Shown here: positions 55,292 through 63,545 of the stretch, piece after piece | Numbering within the stretch: position 1 is the stretch's first letter | Layout of the letters: each line of letters opens with the position of its first letter | Virus record (IMG/VR): IMGVR_UViG_3300014613_004232 | Span: 1 to 64,000 of that record | DNA: 64,000 nucleotides | Reading direction: 5' to 3' (one strand) | Source of the DNA: a virus | Program-made: the position numbers and the translations under genes | The notes under the pieces: generated by a model | What the model saw: only the letters and a program-made list of their open reading frames with translations | Told to the model about the DNA's origin: nothing | The model's database searches: none

Positions 55292-55793
55292 GGTGGCTCC
55301 AAGGTTGTGCGATGTCGGAAGAGTTCGAGGACGCCGAGACAATGCAGGGTGAAACAAAGATCCAGAACCCGCGAACGGGCTCAAGCGTGCGTGCCACAAC
55401 CTGAGAATCAATGCAGGGTGTCTGGCGCCCTCGGGTCTGCATTCGCCTGGGTGCTCCTGGCTCGGGCTCTTGCCCTGGTGTTCCCTGACTAGAGAGAATG
55501 CAGACCCGAAGGCCCTGGCGAACTGCGCCAGGAATCAGGGCAGGCCTTCCACCTGCTCGGCATGGCTCGGGGGTTCCGCTGCAGCAGGATCCCATCACGG
55601 ACTCACACCGCTATGCCGGGCACTTCAACGCTGCATCCCGGTCAGGCCCCAGCGCGGGCTTTCTACGCTCAGTCGTCGAAAGCACACGGCATGCGCTTTC
55701 GGCGACTGGCGCCGGAGACAAGAGCCCGGTGGGCCGCCTCGTTGCGCACCGACCGAGGATCGCGCAACCGTTCAATCTCACCTCGGTTGATGC

Positions 55794-55868
55794 TGGAGCG
55801 GGCTGGGGGAATCGAACCCGCCATGAGTGGCTTGGAAGGCCACGGCCTGACCATTCGGCCAAGCCCGC
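55794..55868 (-). tRNA. tRNA-Gly (anticodon TCC)
   Basis: GCGGGCT/AGCCCGC acceptor, U73, GTGGC-CTTCCAA-GCCAC arm, CCA. Confidence 0.92.
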
Positions 55869-55875
55869 ATGAATG

Positions 55876-55952
55876 TGGTTGCGGTGTCTGGATTCGAACC
55901 AGAGACCTTCGGGGTATGAACCCGACGCGCTACCAGGCTGCGCCACACCGCC
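55876..55952 (-). tRNA. Initiator tRNA-fMet (anticodon CAT)
   Basis: 1:72 mismatch (G:A); TCGGG-TTCATAC-CCCGA arm with three consecutive G-C pairs; CCA. Confidence 0.9.
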
Positions 55953-56191
55953 ACACCTTCAAGGCTGCCGCCGTTGCACCCCCCGGGATCCCCCAGAAGC
56001 AGCAGCAGTCTTGAAGGCCCCGGCTTCCCGGGATCGTCAAGGGCAGTTCGATGCCAGCGCTTCTCCGCGTTGCCGCGTCGGTTCGATGTCAGGTGCGCTC
56101 ACACAAAGCAGTGGCTTTCACAACAAAGGGAGGAGACTTCAACATGCACGCCCGGCGCTAACCCGGATCGACGCCCCTGCATCGCGTCGCC

Positions 56192-56232
56192 AGTTTGTGA
56201 GGGTGTCAAACCGTGGTGCCGAACCGTTTTCC
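56192..56232 (-). promoter_or_regulatory. Late-promoter motif heading the tRNA/ncRNA cluster
   Basis: GGAAAA-N29-CAAACT. Confidence 0.75.
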
Positions 56233-56248
56233 GAAATAGACCGCGCCT

Positions 56249-56836
56249 TCAGTAGGCGCTGCCAGGCTGGCCTGGATCGTTGGAGCCGGTGCAGGCGTTG
56301 GCGCAGGAGTTCGCCTGAGGGCAGCGCTTGTTCCCGCAGGTCGGGCACAGCACCATGCGGACCGACCCGATGTCGGCAAGGCTCACCGGCCGACAGGTGT
56401 GGCACTGGCCGCACGGCTTCGGCCTGGACGACAGAAGCCGGAAGGCCTCGGCAGCCACGGCCCCGAAGGTGTCGGCCCGGATCTCTTCGGCTTCCTCGTC
56501 CTCGTCCGGTTCTCCCGTGACGTGGCCAACCTCGTGGGCGAGCATGTGGAGGACGTCACCAGGTGCGGCCGCGGGGTCTGCCCAGGCGTGGATGGTCCGG
56601 GTCTCCGTGTCGACGAAGCCCCACATGCCCATTTCGCGGATGCTGTCCACGACCTGCTCGACGGTCATGGCCTCGTCGTCTCCGTTGGGCGAGGTCACGC
56701 CGATCACGGTGGTCGCGGGGAACTCGGCGGCCGTGATGCCCTCGGCAAGGCAGGCGGCCTCCCACATGGCGTAGAAGACGTTCTCCGGGGTCGTGTGCCA
56801 GACGATGCACAGGGGTTCGATGGGTTCGATGATCAT
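56249..56836 (-). CDS. Zincin-like (HExxH) protein with C-terminal Cys-rich Zn-finger
   Basis: LAHEVGH...E..AD; C..C..C...CPTCGNKRCP...C. Confidence 0.7.
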   Translation of the reverse strand: MIIEPIEPLCIVWHTTPENVFYAMWEAACLAEGITAAEFPATTVIGVTSPNGDDEAMTVEQVVDSIREMGMWGFVDTETRTIHAWADPAAAPGDVLHMLAHEVGHVTGEPDEDEEAEEIRADTFGAVAAEAFRLLSSRPKPCGQCHTCRPVSLADIGSVRMVLCPTCGNKRCPQANSCANACTGSNDPGQPGSAY

Positions 56837-57022
56837 GCTCGTGGTTTCCAGTTGCGGCGGGCCTTGATCCGCCAGAAGAGGCGCCAGCGGCGCGCGTGGT
56901 CGTTGCGGGACTTGCAGGCTGTGCCGGTGTGCACCCGGCCGTCGATCAGCCGTGCGACCCGCCTTGAAGGGATGGGGCGGGCGCGCAGCTTGTCGCCCAC
57001 CTGCTCATAGGCGCGGCGCACG

Positions 57023-57280
57023 TCAGCCGGCCGAGGAGTTGGGCCAGGGCCCGGCCCCGGGCTGCTCCTTGTTCACCACGACGATGCTGCGAGCAACCCG
57101 AGGGGTGATGCGGATCGCGCCCTTGCGAGCGAGGGCCTGCAGGTGGTCCTCGGCGGCGTTGGTCGAGGAGAAGCCCATGGCCTCCGCGATCTCCGAGCGG
57201 GTGGGCGCGAAGCCGTGGTTGCCGATGTAGCGCTTGATCCAGTCGAGGACCTTGGTCTGTGCTTGCGTGAGTGCCTTCAC
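57023..57280 (-). CDS. LexA-like winged-HTH DNA-binding domain only
   Basis: LT.AQ.KVLDWI...GFAPTRSEIA..MGF.S.NAAEDHL.AL.RKG.I. Confidence 0.85.
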   Translation of the reverse strand: MKALTQAQTKVLDWIKRYIGNHGFAPTRSEIAEAMGFSSTNAAEDHLQALARKGAIRITPRVARSIVVVNKEQPGAGPWPNSSAG

Positions 57281-57489
57281 TTCTCGGCTTCCGTGGTGCG
57301 TTTGTAGTTGGGGCGCAGCCCGTTCTTGGACAGGCCGCCCAGGTCGCCTTGGGCACGGCGGACGGCCTCCGGGTCGTCGGACTCAAGGTCGCGCTGGCGC
57401 CCTGCCACCCGGGCCTGCCTGATCTTGGCGGCCTTGAGCATGTCGTCCACCTTGAGGACCGGGACGTAGTTCTTGCTGAATGCGTTCAT
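57277..57489 (-). CDS. Hypothetical protein
   Basis: Coupled by overlaps on both sides. Confidence 0.55.
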   Translation of the reverse strand: MNAFSKNYVPVLKVDDMLKAAKIRQARVAGRQRDLESDDPEAVRRAQGDLGGLSKNGLRPNYKRTTEAEK

Positions 57490-58589
57490 GGAGTGGTTCC
57501 TGGGAAGCCGTCATGTTGCGCGCCAGCCAGCAGGCGGCCGGCGGCCTTCTTCCCGATTCGGAAGCAGGTCATGGCCTCTGCGCCCTGGCGGTACGCCATC
57601 GGCTCGGTCACACCATGGACTGAGCCGTCCAGGTGAAGCACCACCCCGTCCACCGTGCAACGACGCCCATAGATGTCGTCCAGGTTGGACTGATCCTCAT
57701 GAGGCTTTGCCTTCACGTTGGAGACAAAGAGGCTGGTGTGCTCGGCCTCGTCCATCTGGCCAATGGGCTTCCACTCGCCCCACTGCTTGAACAGGAATGG
57801 GACGCCCGCAGCCGCGCACTGATCGCGCAGGGACTGAGCCCAGTCCGGGTGCATGGGGCGCGCGCCAGGGCCGCTCTCGCCGCCCGCGATGACCCAGTCC
57901 AGCGGCTGGGCCTCCTTCTTTCTGGGGCCGTTGTCCCACTTCCAGACACCGGTGAGGGCGTCGGCCTTCGCAGCAAAGAGGTGAGGCGTTACGCGAGTCA
58001 GGTCTACCGGCCCCAGCAGCGGCTCCATGCTCAGGAAGCGGACGCGCGCGGGGACATCGAGCAGTTTCGGAATATCACGGTTCGCCTCGGCCTGGCTGGT
58101 GATGGTGGCGCCGATCCAGACGTTGGGCCAGGGAGCATCGGTCGTCCATAGCGCGAGCTCGCTGTTGTTGAACTCCACCGTCGCGGCGGCCTCGGCAATC
58201 ATGTGCCGTGCGTTGCCAATGCGCTTTGTCAGCAGCAGCCAGTCGAGGTCCGGCGTCTTTGCGATCAGGCTGAAGAGGTCGGCCCGCCATTGGCTGGGCA
58301 CCTGGTTGTCGAACACGTCCGCCAGGCTGGCGCAGAAGACGCGTTGCCGGCGGCCGTGCTGGGCCATGAACTCGGCGGCGCGCTTCTGCCACTTCTCGGG
58401 CTTGTCCCAGGTGTCTTTGCCCGTGCGGCGCCGGGGTGCCCCTGGGCCCCAGTTGGGCGCCTGGCCGCCACCGAAGCGAGCGTTGCGCGTCTCGGCATAG
58501 CAGTTGTCGCAGCCTGGGCCCACCTTCTGGCAGCCCTCCCAGGGATTGAAGGTGTGGTCGCACCACTCGATGTTGGTGTTCTCGCTCAT
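57486..58589 (-). CDS. Phage Gp37/Gp68 (DUF5131) radical-SAM-like protein
   Basis: IEWCDHTFNPW.GC.KV.PGCDNCYA; LLTKR; FLSMEPLLG; WVI.GGESG; FLFKQWG. Confidence 0.92.
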   Translation of the reverse strand: MSENTNIEWCDHTFNPWEGCQKVGPGCDNCYAETRNARFGGGQAPNWGPGAPRRRTGKDTWDKPEKWQKRAAEFMAQHGRRQRVFCASLADVFDNQVPSQWRADLFSLIAKTPDLDWLLLTKRIGNARHMIAEAAATVEFNNSELALWTTDAPWPNVWIGATITSQAEANRDIPKLLDVPARVRFLSMEPLLGPVDLTRVTPHLFAAKADALTGVWKWDNGPRKKEAQPLDWVIAGGESGPGARPMHPDWAQSLRDQCAAAGVPFLFKQWGEWKPIGQMDEAEHTSLFVSNVKAKPHEDQSNLDDIYGRRCTVDGVVLHLDGSVHGVTEPMAYRQGAEAMTCFRIGKKAAGRLLAGAQHDGFPGTTP

Positions 58590-59104
58590 GCCAAGGCCCC
58601 CTTGCCTGCCCGCGCCTGATCGTGGGCGATCACCAAGAGTCGCGGGTCGGCGTTGGTGAGCACATCCAGAAGCAGGCGCTTCTCTTCCAGGTAGACCCGG
58701 GCAAACTTCGGGTCGTGCTTGACGATGCTGCTGGTGTTGCTGATCAGGTCAGCCACCTTGATGTTCTGGACCCACCAAGGGGCAGATGCCAGACGCTTGC
58801 GGCTCGCTGCCTTGCGCTCGGCCCGGTTCCCCACCTCCAGGTCGGAGAGGGCGAGCACGCCGGCCTGAACTTCAGGACCGAAACGGCGGCACACCTCTGC
58901 AGGGGTCACGTCCTGGTCCTCGATGCAGTCGTGCAGCCAGGCGGTCGCGATGATGGTTTGGCTGAACTCGGTGTAACCCGACACGGTGGCCACGACGCCT
59001 GCCACCTCGGCGAGGTGATCAGCGTAAGGGTTGCCGGTGTACTTGCGCGCCTGGCCGGCGTGCACCTCGCGGGCGAAATGCATTGCTTCGAAGGCAAGGC
59101 TCAT
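58586..59104 (-). CDS. HD-domain small alarmone ((p)ppGpp) hydrolase-like protein
   Basis: FA...H.GQ.RK..G.PY..H...VA; AWLHD.IED; IK.AD..SN. Confidence 0.85.
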   Translation of the reverse strand: MSLAFEAMHFAREVHAGQARKYTGNPYADHLAEVAGVVATVSGYTEFSQTIIATAWLHDCIEDQDVTPAEVCRRFGPEVQAGVLALSDLEVGNRAERKAASRKRLASAPWWVQNIKVADLISNTSSIVKHDPKFARVYLEEKRLLLDVLTNADPRLLVIAHDQARAGKGALA

Positions 59105-59325
59105 GGCGCGACCTCCGCATCCTTGTGCAGTTCGTAGCCGCCGCGCTTGCCGTTGAAGCGCTTCAGGCTCGCCTTGGTAGAGCGAGAACCTGCGTGCCCA
59201 CCGCTGCGAGCCGCCAGCATGATGGTGGCCTTCTGCTCCTGATCATTGACGCCAATGACCTCGACGTAGCGATCAAAGCGAGGATCCACCTCTTTCCAGA
59301 TTTGCCCGACCTTGACCGTGCTCAT
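59101..59325 (-). CDS. Hypothetical protein (SH3-like VKVGQIWKE.D.R)
   Basis: Coupled small phage ORF. Confidence 0.6.
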   Translation of the reverse strand: MSTVKVGQIWKEVDPRFDRYVEVIGVNDQEQKATIMLAARSGGHAGSRSTKASLKRFNGKRGGYELHKDAEVAP

Positions 59326-59585
59326 TTGTCACCGCCCTTCTTGCCGGTGAAGGACATGGCCTCCAGTTTCGCGATTTGCTTCTTCAGGCTGGCGATCTTG
59401 GCGAGGCGCTTCTTCTCGGCCGCCTGCTTGGCTTCGGCTTCGGTCTCGTGGGCATCCCGGCCCAACTTGAAACCTGAGCAGTAGCCACTCGGGAAAACGT
59501 AGCCGTAATCGCTCACTTTGCCGTCCCAATCTGCGGCCTTGATGCCGTAGGTCAGGGCGTACTTGCTGATCCACAGCGATTTCAT
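59322..59585 (-). CDS. Hypothetical phage protein
   Basis: WI.KYALT.GI...K.IASL.KQI.KLE pattern; coupled. Confidence 0.65.
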   Translation of the reverse strand: MKSLWISKYALTYGIKAADWDGKVSDYGYVFPSGYCSGFKLGRDAHETEAEAKQAAEKKRLAKIASLKKQIAKLEAMSFTGKKGGDK

Positions 59586-60310
59586 GCTGCTGCTCCTTGA
59601 GTTTTGTCGATGAGGGGGCGGACGTCCTTCAACATCCGGGCGTTGAGGTAGCCGTCTGCCGACCTGACGCGGACGAACACGCGGTGCAGCGAGTCACTGC
59701 CGCCCAGGTCCTTCCACACGTAGTAGCCCACCACGGTGTGCGCCACCCAGCGCTCGGAGCGGCCGAGGTGGATCAGGACCTTGTCGCCCACCTGGGGCAG
59801 CACGTCGCCATAGACCGGTTCGAGGCCCAACTGGCCCACGGCCTCGCAGACCTCCTGCAGGTGCTCGAACTCGTCGGCCAGGCCATCCAGGTACGGGCCC
59901 ACGATGGAGAGCTCGTACTGGCGGTTCTCGGAGTAGCTGCCGCCACCGATGCTGTCGCGCGCCCGCTCGATCACCTCGTGCCAGCCAAAGGGGATGGCCT
60001 TCTTCTCCTCGGGCTGATCAGGCTTGATGGGCTTCGGTGATTGACTCGCCGTCTGGAAGATCCGGACGAGTTCGTCGATGGCCTCGGCCGAGGCTGAGGC
60101 GTCCCACTTCAAGTGGTTGCGCCCGTACACCACCCACAGGGCGAGGTTCATGGGCAGCAGGCCCCAGGCAGACGTCGACACGATCCAAACCAGCCACAGC
60201 GCCTGGTTGACCAAACCAACGGCCCAGGCCTTCGGGTGCTTGTTCCCGGCCATGAGCGTCATCCAGATGGTGACGGCCGAGAGGAGGAACGGGAGGTACT
60301 GGGCGATCAT
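59582..60310 (-). CDS. Fusion: PnuC/SemiSWEET-like 3-TM N-terminus plus soluble phage domains
   Basis: AW.VGL.NQ.LWL.WI.....WGLL motif in the first ~70 aa. Confidence 0.55.
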   Translation of the reverse strand: MIAQYLPFLLSAVTIWMTLMAGNKHPKAWAVGLVNQALWLVWIVSTSAWGLLPMNLALWVVYGRNHLKWDASASAEAIDELVRIFQTASQSPKPIKPDQPEEKKAIPFGWHEVIERARDSIGGGSYSENRQYELSIVGPYLDGLADEFEHLQEVCEAVGQLGLEPVYGDVLPQVGDKVLIHLGRSERWVAHTVVGYYVWKDLGGSDSLHRVFVRVRSADGYLNARMLKDVRPLIDKTQGAAA

Positions 60311-60744
60311 GCTTCACCGCCCTTCTTGCTTGGCTGGAACTCCTTCGGCACGCCGCGCAACTCGCGTTTGCTTGACAGGAAGGTAGGTGCCTTCTCTGAC
60401 TGGACATACCGAACCCCGCTGACGCTGACTATGAGCTTGAATCGGAAGGTGTGATTTCCATCTTCACCAACGCGGCGAACGACCAGCACACCGGTCGGCG
60501 TCTTACGCACGATGACGACTTCGCAGTCAATTGAGACGCGCCCGGTTCTCCACTCCAGGGTCACCATGCGGCACTTGGGCAGGCCAGCATCGGCGGCAAC
60601 ACGTGCGGCTCTCACGGTGCCAATTGCCTCGACGAGTTCACGCTCCAGACGCTTGACTGCCTCTTGAGCCGAACTGAGTTCTTGAGCCTTGGCAAGTCGT
60701 GCAGCTTCAGCAGCGACGACCTCAGGTGGCAATTTGCTCTTCAT
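60307..60744 (-). CDS. Hypothetical protein
   Basis: Coupled ORF. Confidence 0.6.
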   Translation of the reverse strand: MKSKLPPEVVAAEAARLAKAQELSSAQEAVKRLERELVEAIGTVRAARVAADAGLPKCRMVTLEWRTGRVSIDCEVVIVRKTPTGVLVVRRVGEDGNHTFRFKLIVSVSGVRYVQSEKAPTFLSSKRELRGVPKEFQPSKKGGEA

Positions 60745-61157
60745 GCAGCACCGCCCTTCGATTCGGCAACCTGCCCGCTCGCCGTCTTCAGGCCCAACGC
60801 CTTCAGGACGGCCTCCACCACGAACACACCATGGTCACCGGTCGGGTCTTCACTGAATGCCTGCAGGGCCTCGTGCACCTTGGGCTGGTCAGCGATGGCT
60901 TCCATGTCGAACCAGGTGTGCACCTTCGTGACGGATGGGGGCAGCAGGTCCAGCACGGCGGAGGCGATCTCATCGACGCGCGACGCTTGATCAGCCACGC
61001 GGACGAAATCATCGGCGTGCATGGTCCCGATCTGCCATGCAGCCCAAACGCGCATGCAGTCATAGGCATCGCCCAGGGACTCCTGCACGGCCTCCCAGAC
61101 GGCAGTGCTCAAGGCCTCATCGCGGGGGCTGGATTCAGGTGTGGTGGTGTCGCTCAT
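60741..61157 (-). CDS. Hypothetical phage protein
   Basis: LGDAYDC.RVW.AW..GTM..DDF motif; coupled. Confidence 0.65.
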   Translation of the reverse strand: MSDTTTPESSPRDEALSTAVWEAVQESLGDAYDCMRVWAAWQIGTMHADDFVRVADQASRVDEIASAVLDLLPPSVTKVHTWFDMEAIADQPKVHEALQAFSEDPTGDHGVFVVEAVLKALGLKTASGQVAESKGGAA

Positions 61158-62413
61158 GTCGTGCTTTCGAAGTAAGGGCTGACGCTGAATCCAGCGCAGC
61201 GGTTGAAACGGGTGGAGGAGCCCGAGAGGTATTCGCCCATGAGCTCGGAGCCGAGCCAGCGCCGGCCGTTGGCCTCGGCCGCCGCAGCGGTAGTGCCCCA
61301 GCCGTGGAACGGGTCGACGACCAGGGCGCCCTCGGGGCTCAGGTAGCGGACGAGGAAGTCGGCCAGGCCCAGGGGCATCGCCGCGCCGTGCACCGGCAGG
61401 CCGGCGGCGCGGGCTGCCTCCCTGGCCCGTTTGAGGTCAGAGTCCCCGGCCGCCTGGGCGAACTGCAGGACGTTGCGCGGGATCCGCCCGGCCGTGGGTG
61501 CACCGTAGGAGCCGGGGCGCAGGGTGTAGGCGCCGTCGTTGCGCGCGCTCGATCGCTGCACACCGCCCTGCTGGATCAGACGCAGGTGGCGCGCGGTGTG
61601 CTCTTCGAGGACGCGGCGGTTGTCCGCCAAGCAGGCGCGCGGGTCGTTGGTGAAGACGTAGACCGGCTCCCATGCGACGTTGAGTTGCATGCGCTCCTTC
61701 GACGCCCACGCGACCGGGCCCGGCGGCTTGGTCGGGTTGTGCCAGACCAACTCGTCCATCTTGTGCAGGCCCAGGCGGTCGCACATGGCGATGACCAGGC
61801 GCTCCCGGTAGGTCGAGCGCGACGGCATGCCTGGCTCGAAGATGTCGTTGCTGACGTTGAGCGCGATGGTCCCGCCTGGCACCAGGTGGCGCGCGATCGG
61901 CTCCAGTTGCTCGCACAGCCAGTCCACGTAGGCGGCCAGGGGCACATTGCCGTAGGCGCGAGGCTTGGCCAGCGGGTACGGGGGGCTCGTCAGGCAGAGG
62001 GTGATGGGCTCATCGAGGGCGCCGAAGACGTCCGCGCAGGAGCCCCACAGGGCCACGCCCAGGTCGGTCGAGTACGCGACCATCACGGCGCGTGGCTGCT
62101 GGGGCGTCAGCGCCTGGCGCGCGCCCGAGGTCAGTTGCCACTCGCCACGGCGGCCCGGTACCGGCTCAAGCCAGCCTTTGGCCTTGAGGGTCTGTTGGTG
62201 CCAACGCACCCGGCGCGCGGCCGTGCTGTGCGCCTGGCCGGTGCGGCCGATGGGCTGGCGGCTCAGGAACTCGGTGACCGGCTGCCCGGCCCGACGCGCG
62301 GCGGCCTGATACAGCCCTCCATTCGAGAGGCGCCCCTCCTCGGTTCCGGCGTATGCCTTCACCACCTCGCGCAGGCTGTCCGGCAGGTCATCCAGCAAGG
62401 GGAGTTGCTGCAT
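61154..62413 (-). CDS. Site-specific DNA methyltransferase (beta class, SPPY; probably N4-cytosine) with N-terminal wHTH
   Basis: TSPPY catalytic motif before VVDPFHGWGTT SAM motif; Mrr_N-like RVRW....L...G.LE...RGEW N-terminus. Confidence 0.9.
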   Translation of the reverse strand: MQQLPLLDDLPDSLREVVKAYAGTEEGRLSNGGLYQAAARRAGQPVTEFLSRQPIGRTGQAHSTAARRVRWHQQTLKAKGWLEPVPGRRGEWQLTSGARQALTPQQPRAVMVAYSTDLGVALWGSCADVFGALDEPITLCLTSPPYPLAKPRAYGNVPLAAYVDWLCEQLEPIARHLVPGGTIALNVSNDIFEPGMPSRSTYRERLVIAMCDRLGLHKMDELVWHNPTKPPGPVAWASKERMQLNVAWEPVYVFTNDPRACLADNRRVLEEHTARHLRLIQQGGVQRSSARNDGAYTLRPGSYGAPTAGRIPRNVLQFAQAAGDSDLKRAREAARAAGLPVHGAAMPLGLADFLVRYLSPEGALVVDPFHGWGTTAAAAEANGRRWLGSELMGEYLSGSSTRFNRCAGFSVSPYFESTT

Positions 62414-62416
62414 GGA

Positions 62417-62647
62417 TCAGCCCCCGAACGACGCCACGAACTGGGCCATGGCCTGCAGGTCCTGGAGCTCCGCGAACATCACCGCCGGCCACAGCGCGCC
62501 GGCGACGAGGCAGGCCAGCGCCTGGGGGATGGCGTCGACAGACCAGTGCATGTCGCCCATCCAGATCAGCACGGCCATGAACGCGCCGAAAACGACGGCG
62601 CCGATGGCGACGTAGGCAGTCAGCAAGCCAGAGAGGAAGTCCTTCAC
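62417..62647 (-). CDS. Small 2-TM membrane protein
   Basis: AGGAG SD, GTG start, two hydrophobic helices. Confidence 0.6.
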   Translation of the reverse strand: MKDFLSGLLTAYVAIGAVVFGAFMAVLIWMGDMHWSVDAIPQALACLVAGALWPAVMFAELQDLQAMAQFVASFGG

Positions 62648-62698
62648 GATGTCTCCTGTTGAGGTTGAGAGAGGGAATGCAGCGGCTCAACGGGGGCG

Positions 62699-62739
62699 AC
62701 TTTCTCGCCCTCGCTGTATGTCCGTTCAGTGCGTTTTCC
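62699..62739 (-). promoter_or_regulatory. Late-promoter-like motif upstream of the MTase operon
   Basis: GGAAAA-N29-GAAAGT; CCGTTCAGTG direct repeat nearby. Confidence 0.6.
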
Positions 62740-62772
62740 GAATCGGCTGGATGGCCGTTCAGTGGTTTGGCG

Positions 62773-63282
62773 TCAATCGCTGACGCCGAGGTAGTCGCGC
62801 CAGTGCACCTTGCGGCCGCCCACCAGGAAGCCCCAGGGGTTGATGCGCCGGCCCATGATGAAGAGGGTCCAGACGCCACCGTCCTTGCTCACCGAGGCGA
62901 TGCGGTGAAACGTCTGCGCCGTCGCGGCGACCGTGTCACCTGGGATGCGCGAACGCCTGACACTGAAGATGTCCTCTTCGACGTAGCAGCCACGGAGGAT
63001 GATCGTGCGGTAGTTGAAGGGGTTGTCGTGTAGGTCCCGGTCGTGGTCCGGCAGGCATATGTGGTGCACACGCACGGAGAACGGCATCCAGGACTTGGGC
63101 ATCAGGTGCCCGCGTTCGTCTGCCTTGAGGGTCCACCGGGGCATCAGCCACCAGCGGCGCATGTAGACGCCCTCCTCCCCGGCGATGTGGAAGTACGGCG
63201 TGCGCTGGGCCCTGGCGATGAGCCAATCCACCAGTCGGGGGCGGGCAGCGATGAAGCGGGCGATTGCGGTCCAGGACATCAC
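62773..63282 (-). CDS. Phage cupin-like protein
   Basis: YM.RW; HHI..PD.DRDLHD.PF...IL.G.Y.E; FHRI; WTLF..G...WGF. Confidence 0.75.
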   Translation of the reverse strand: MMSWTAIARFIAARPRLVDWLIARAQRTPYFHIAGEEGVYMRRWWLMPRWTLKADERGHLMPKSWMPFSVRVHHICLPDHDRDLHDNPFNYRTIILRGCYVEEDIFSVRRSRIPGDTVAATAQTFHRIASVSKDGGVWTLFIMGRRINPWGFLVGGRKVHWRDYLGVSD

Positions 63283-63545
63283 GCCTCCGTGTTCCAGTGG
63301 GCCAAGTGCGGCCGGGTGGTCTCGATCCGCACGCCGTGGTGATCAGCCACCAGGGTTTGCGAGCCTCCGAAGCGGCGCTGGAGTCGGTCCGCGATGTCTT
63401 CGTGGAACCCCTTCTGGATGTCCTCGACCTCCTTGAGGATGTCCTCCACCGGGATCACGGCCCCGGTGTTGATGGTGAGGTCGAACTCGACGCGGATGCC
63501 ATTGGCCGGGCACTTCGCGAAGAACTTGGTCTTGTAGGTGTTCAC
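63279..63545 (-). CDS. QueF-like T-fold protein (7-deazaguanine pathway)
   Basis: F.AKCP...I.VE.I...GFHEDIAD.L motifs; adjacent to a TGT-like gene. Confidence 0.6.
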   Translation of the reverse strand: MNTYKTKFFAKCPANGIRVEFDLTINTGAVIPVEDILKEVEDIQKGFHEDIADRLQRRFGGSQTLVADHHGVRIETTRPHLAHWNTEA

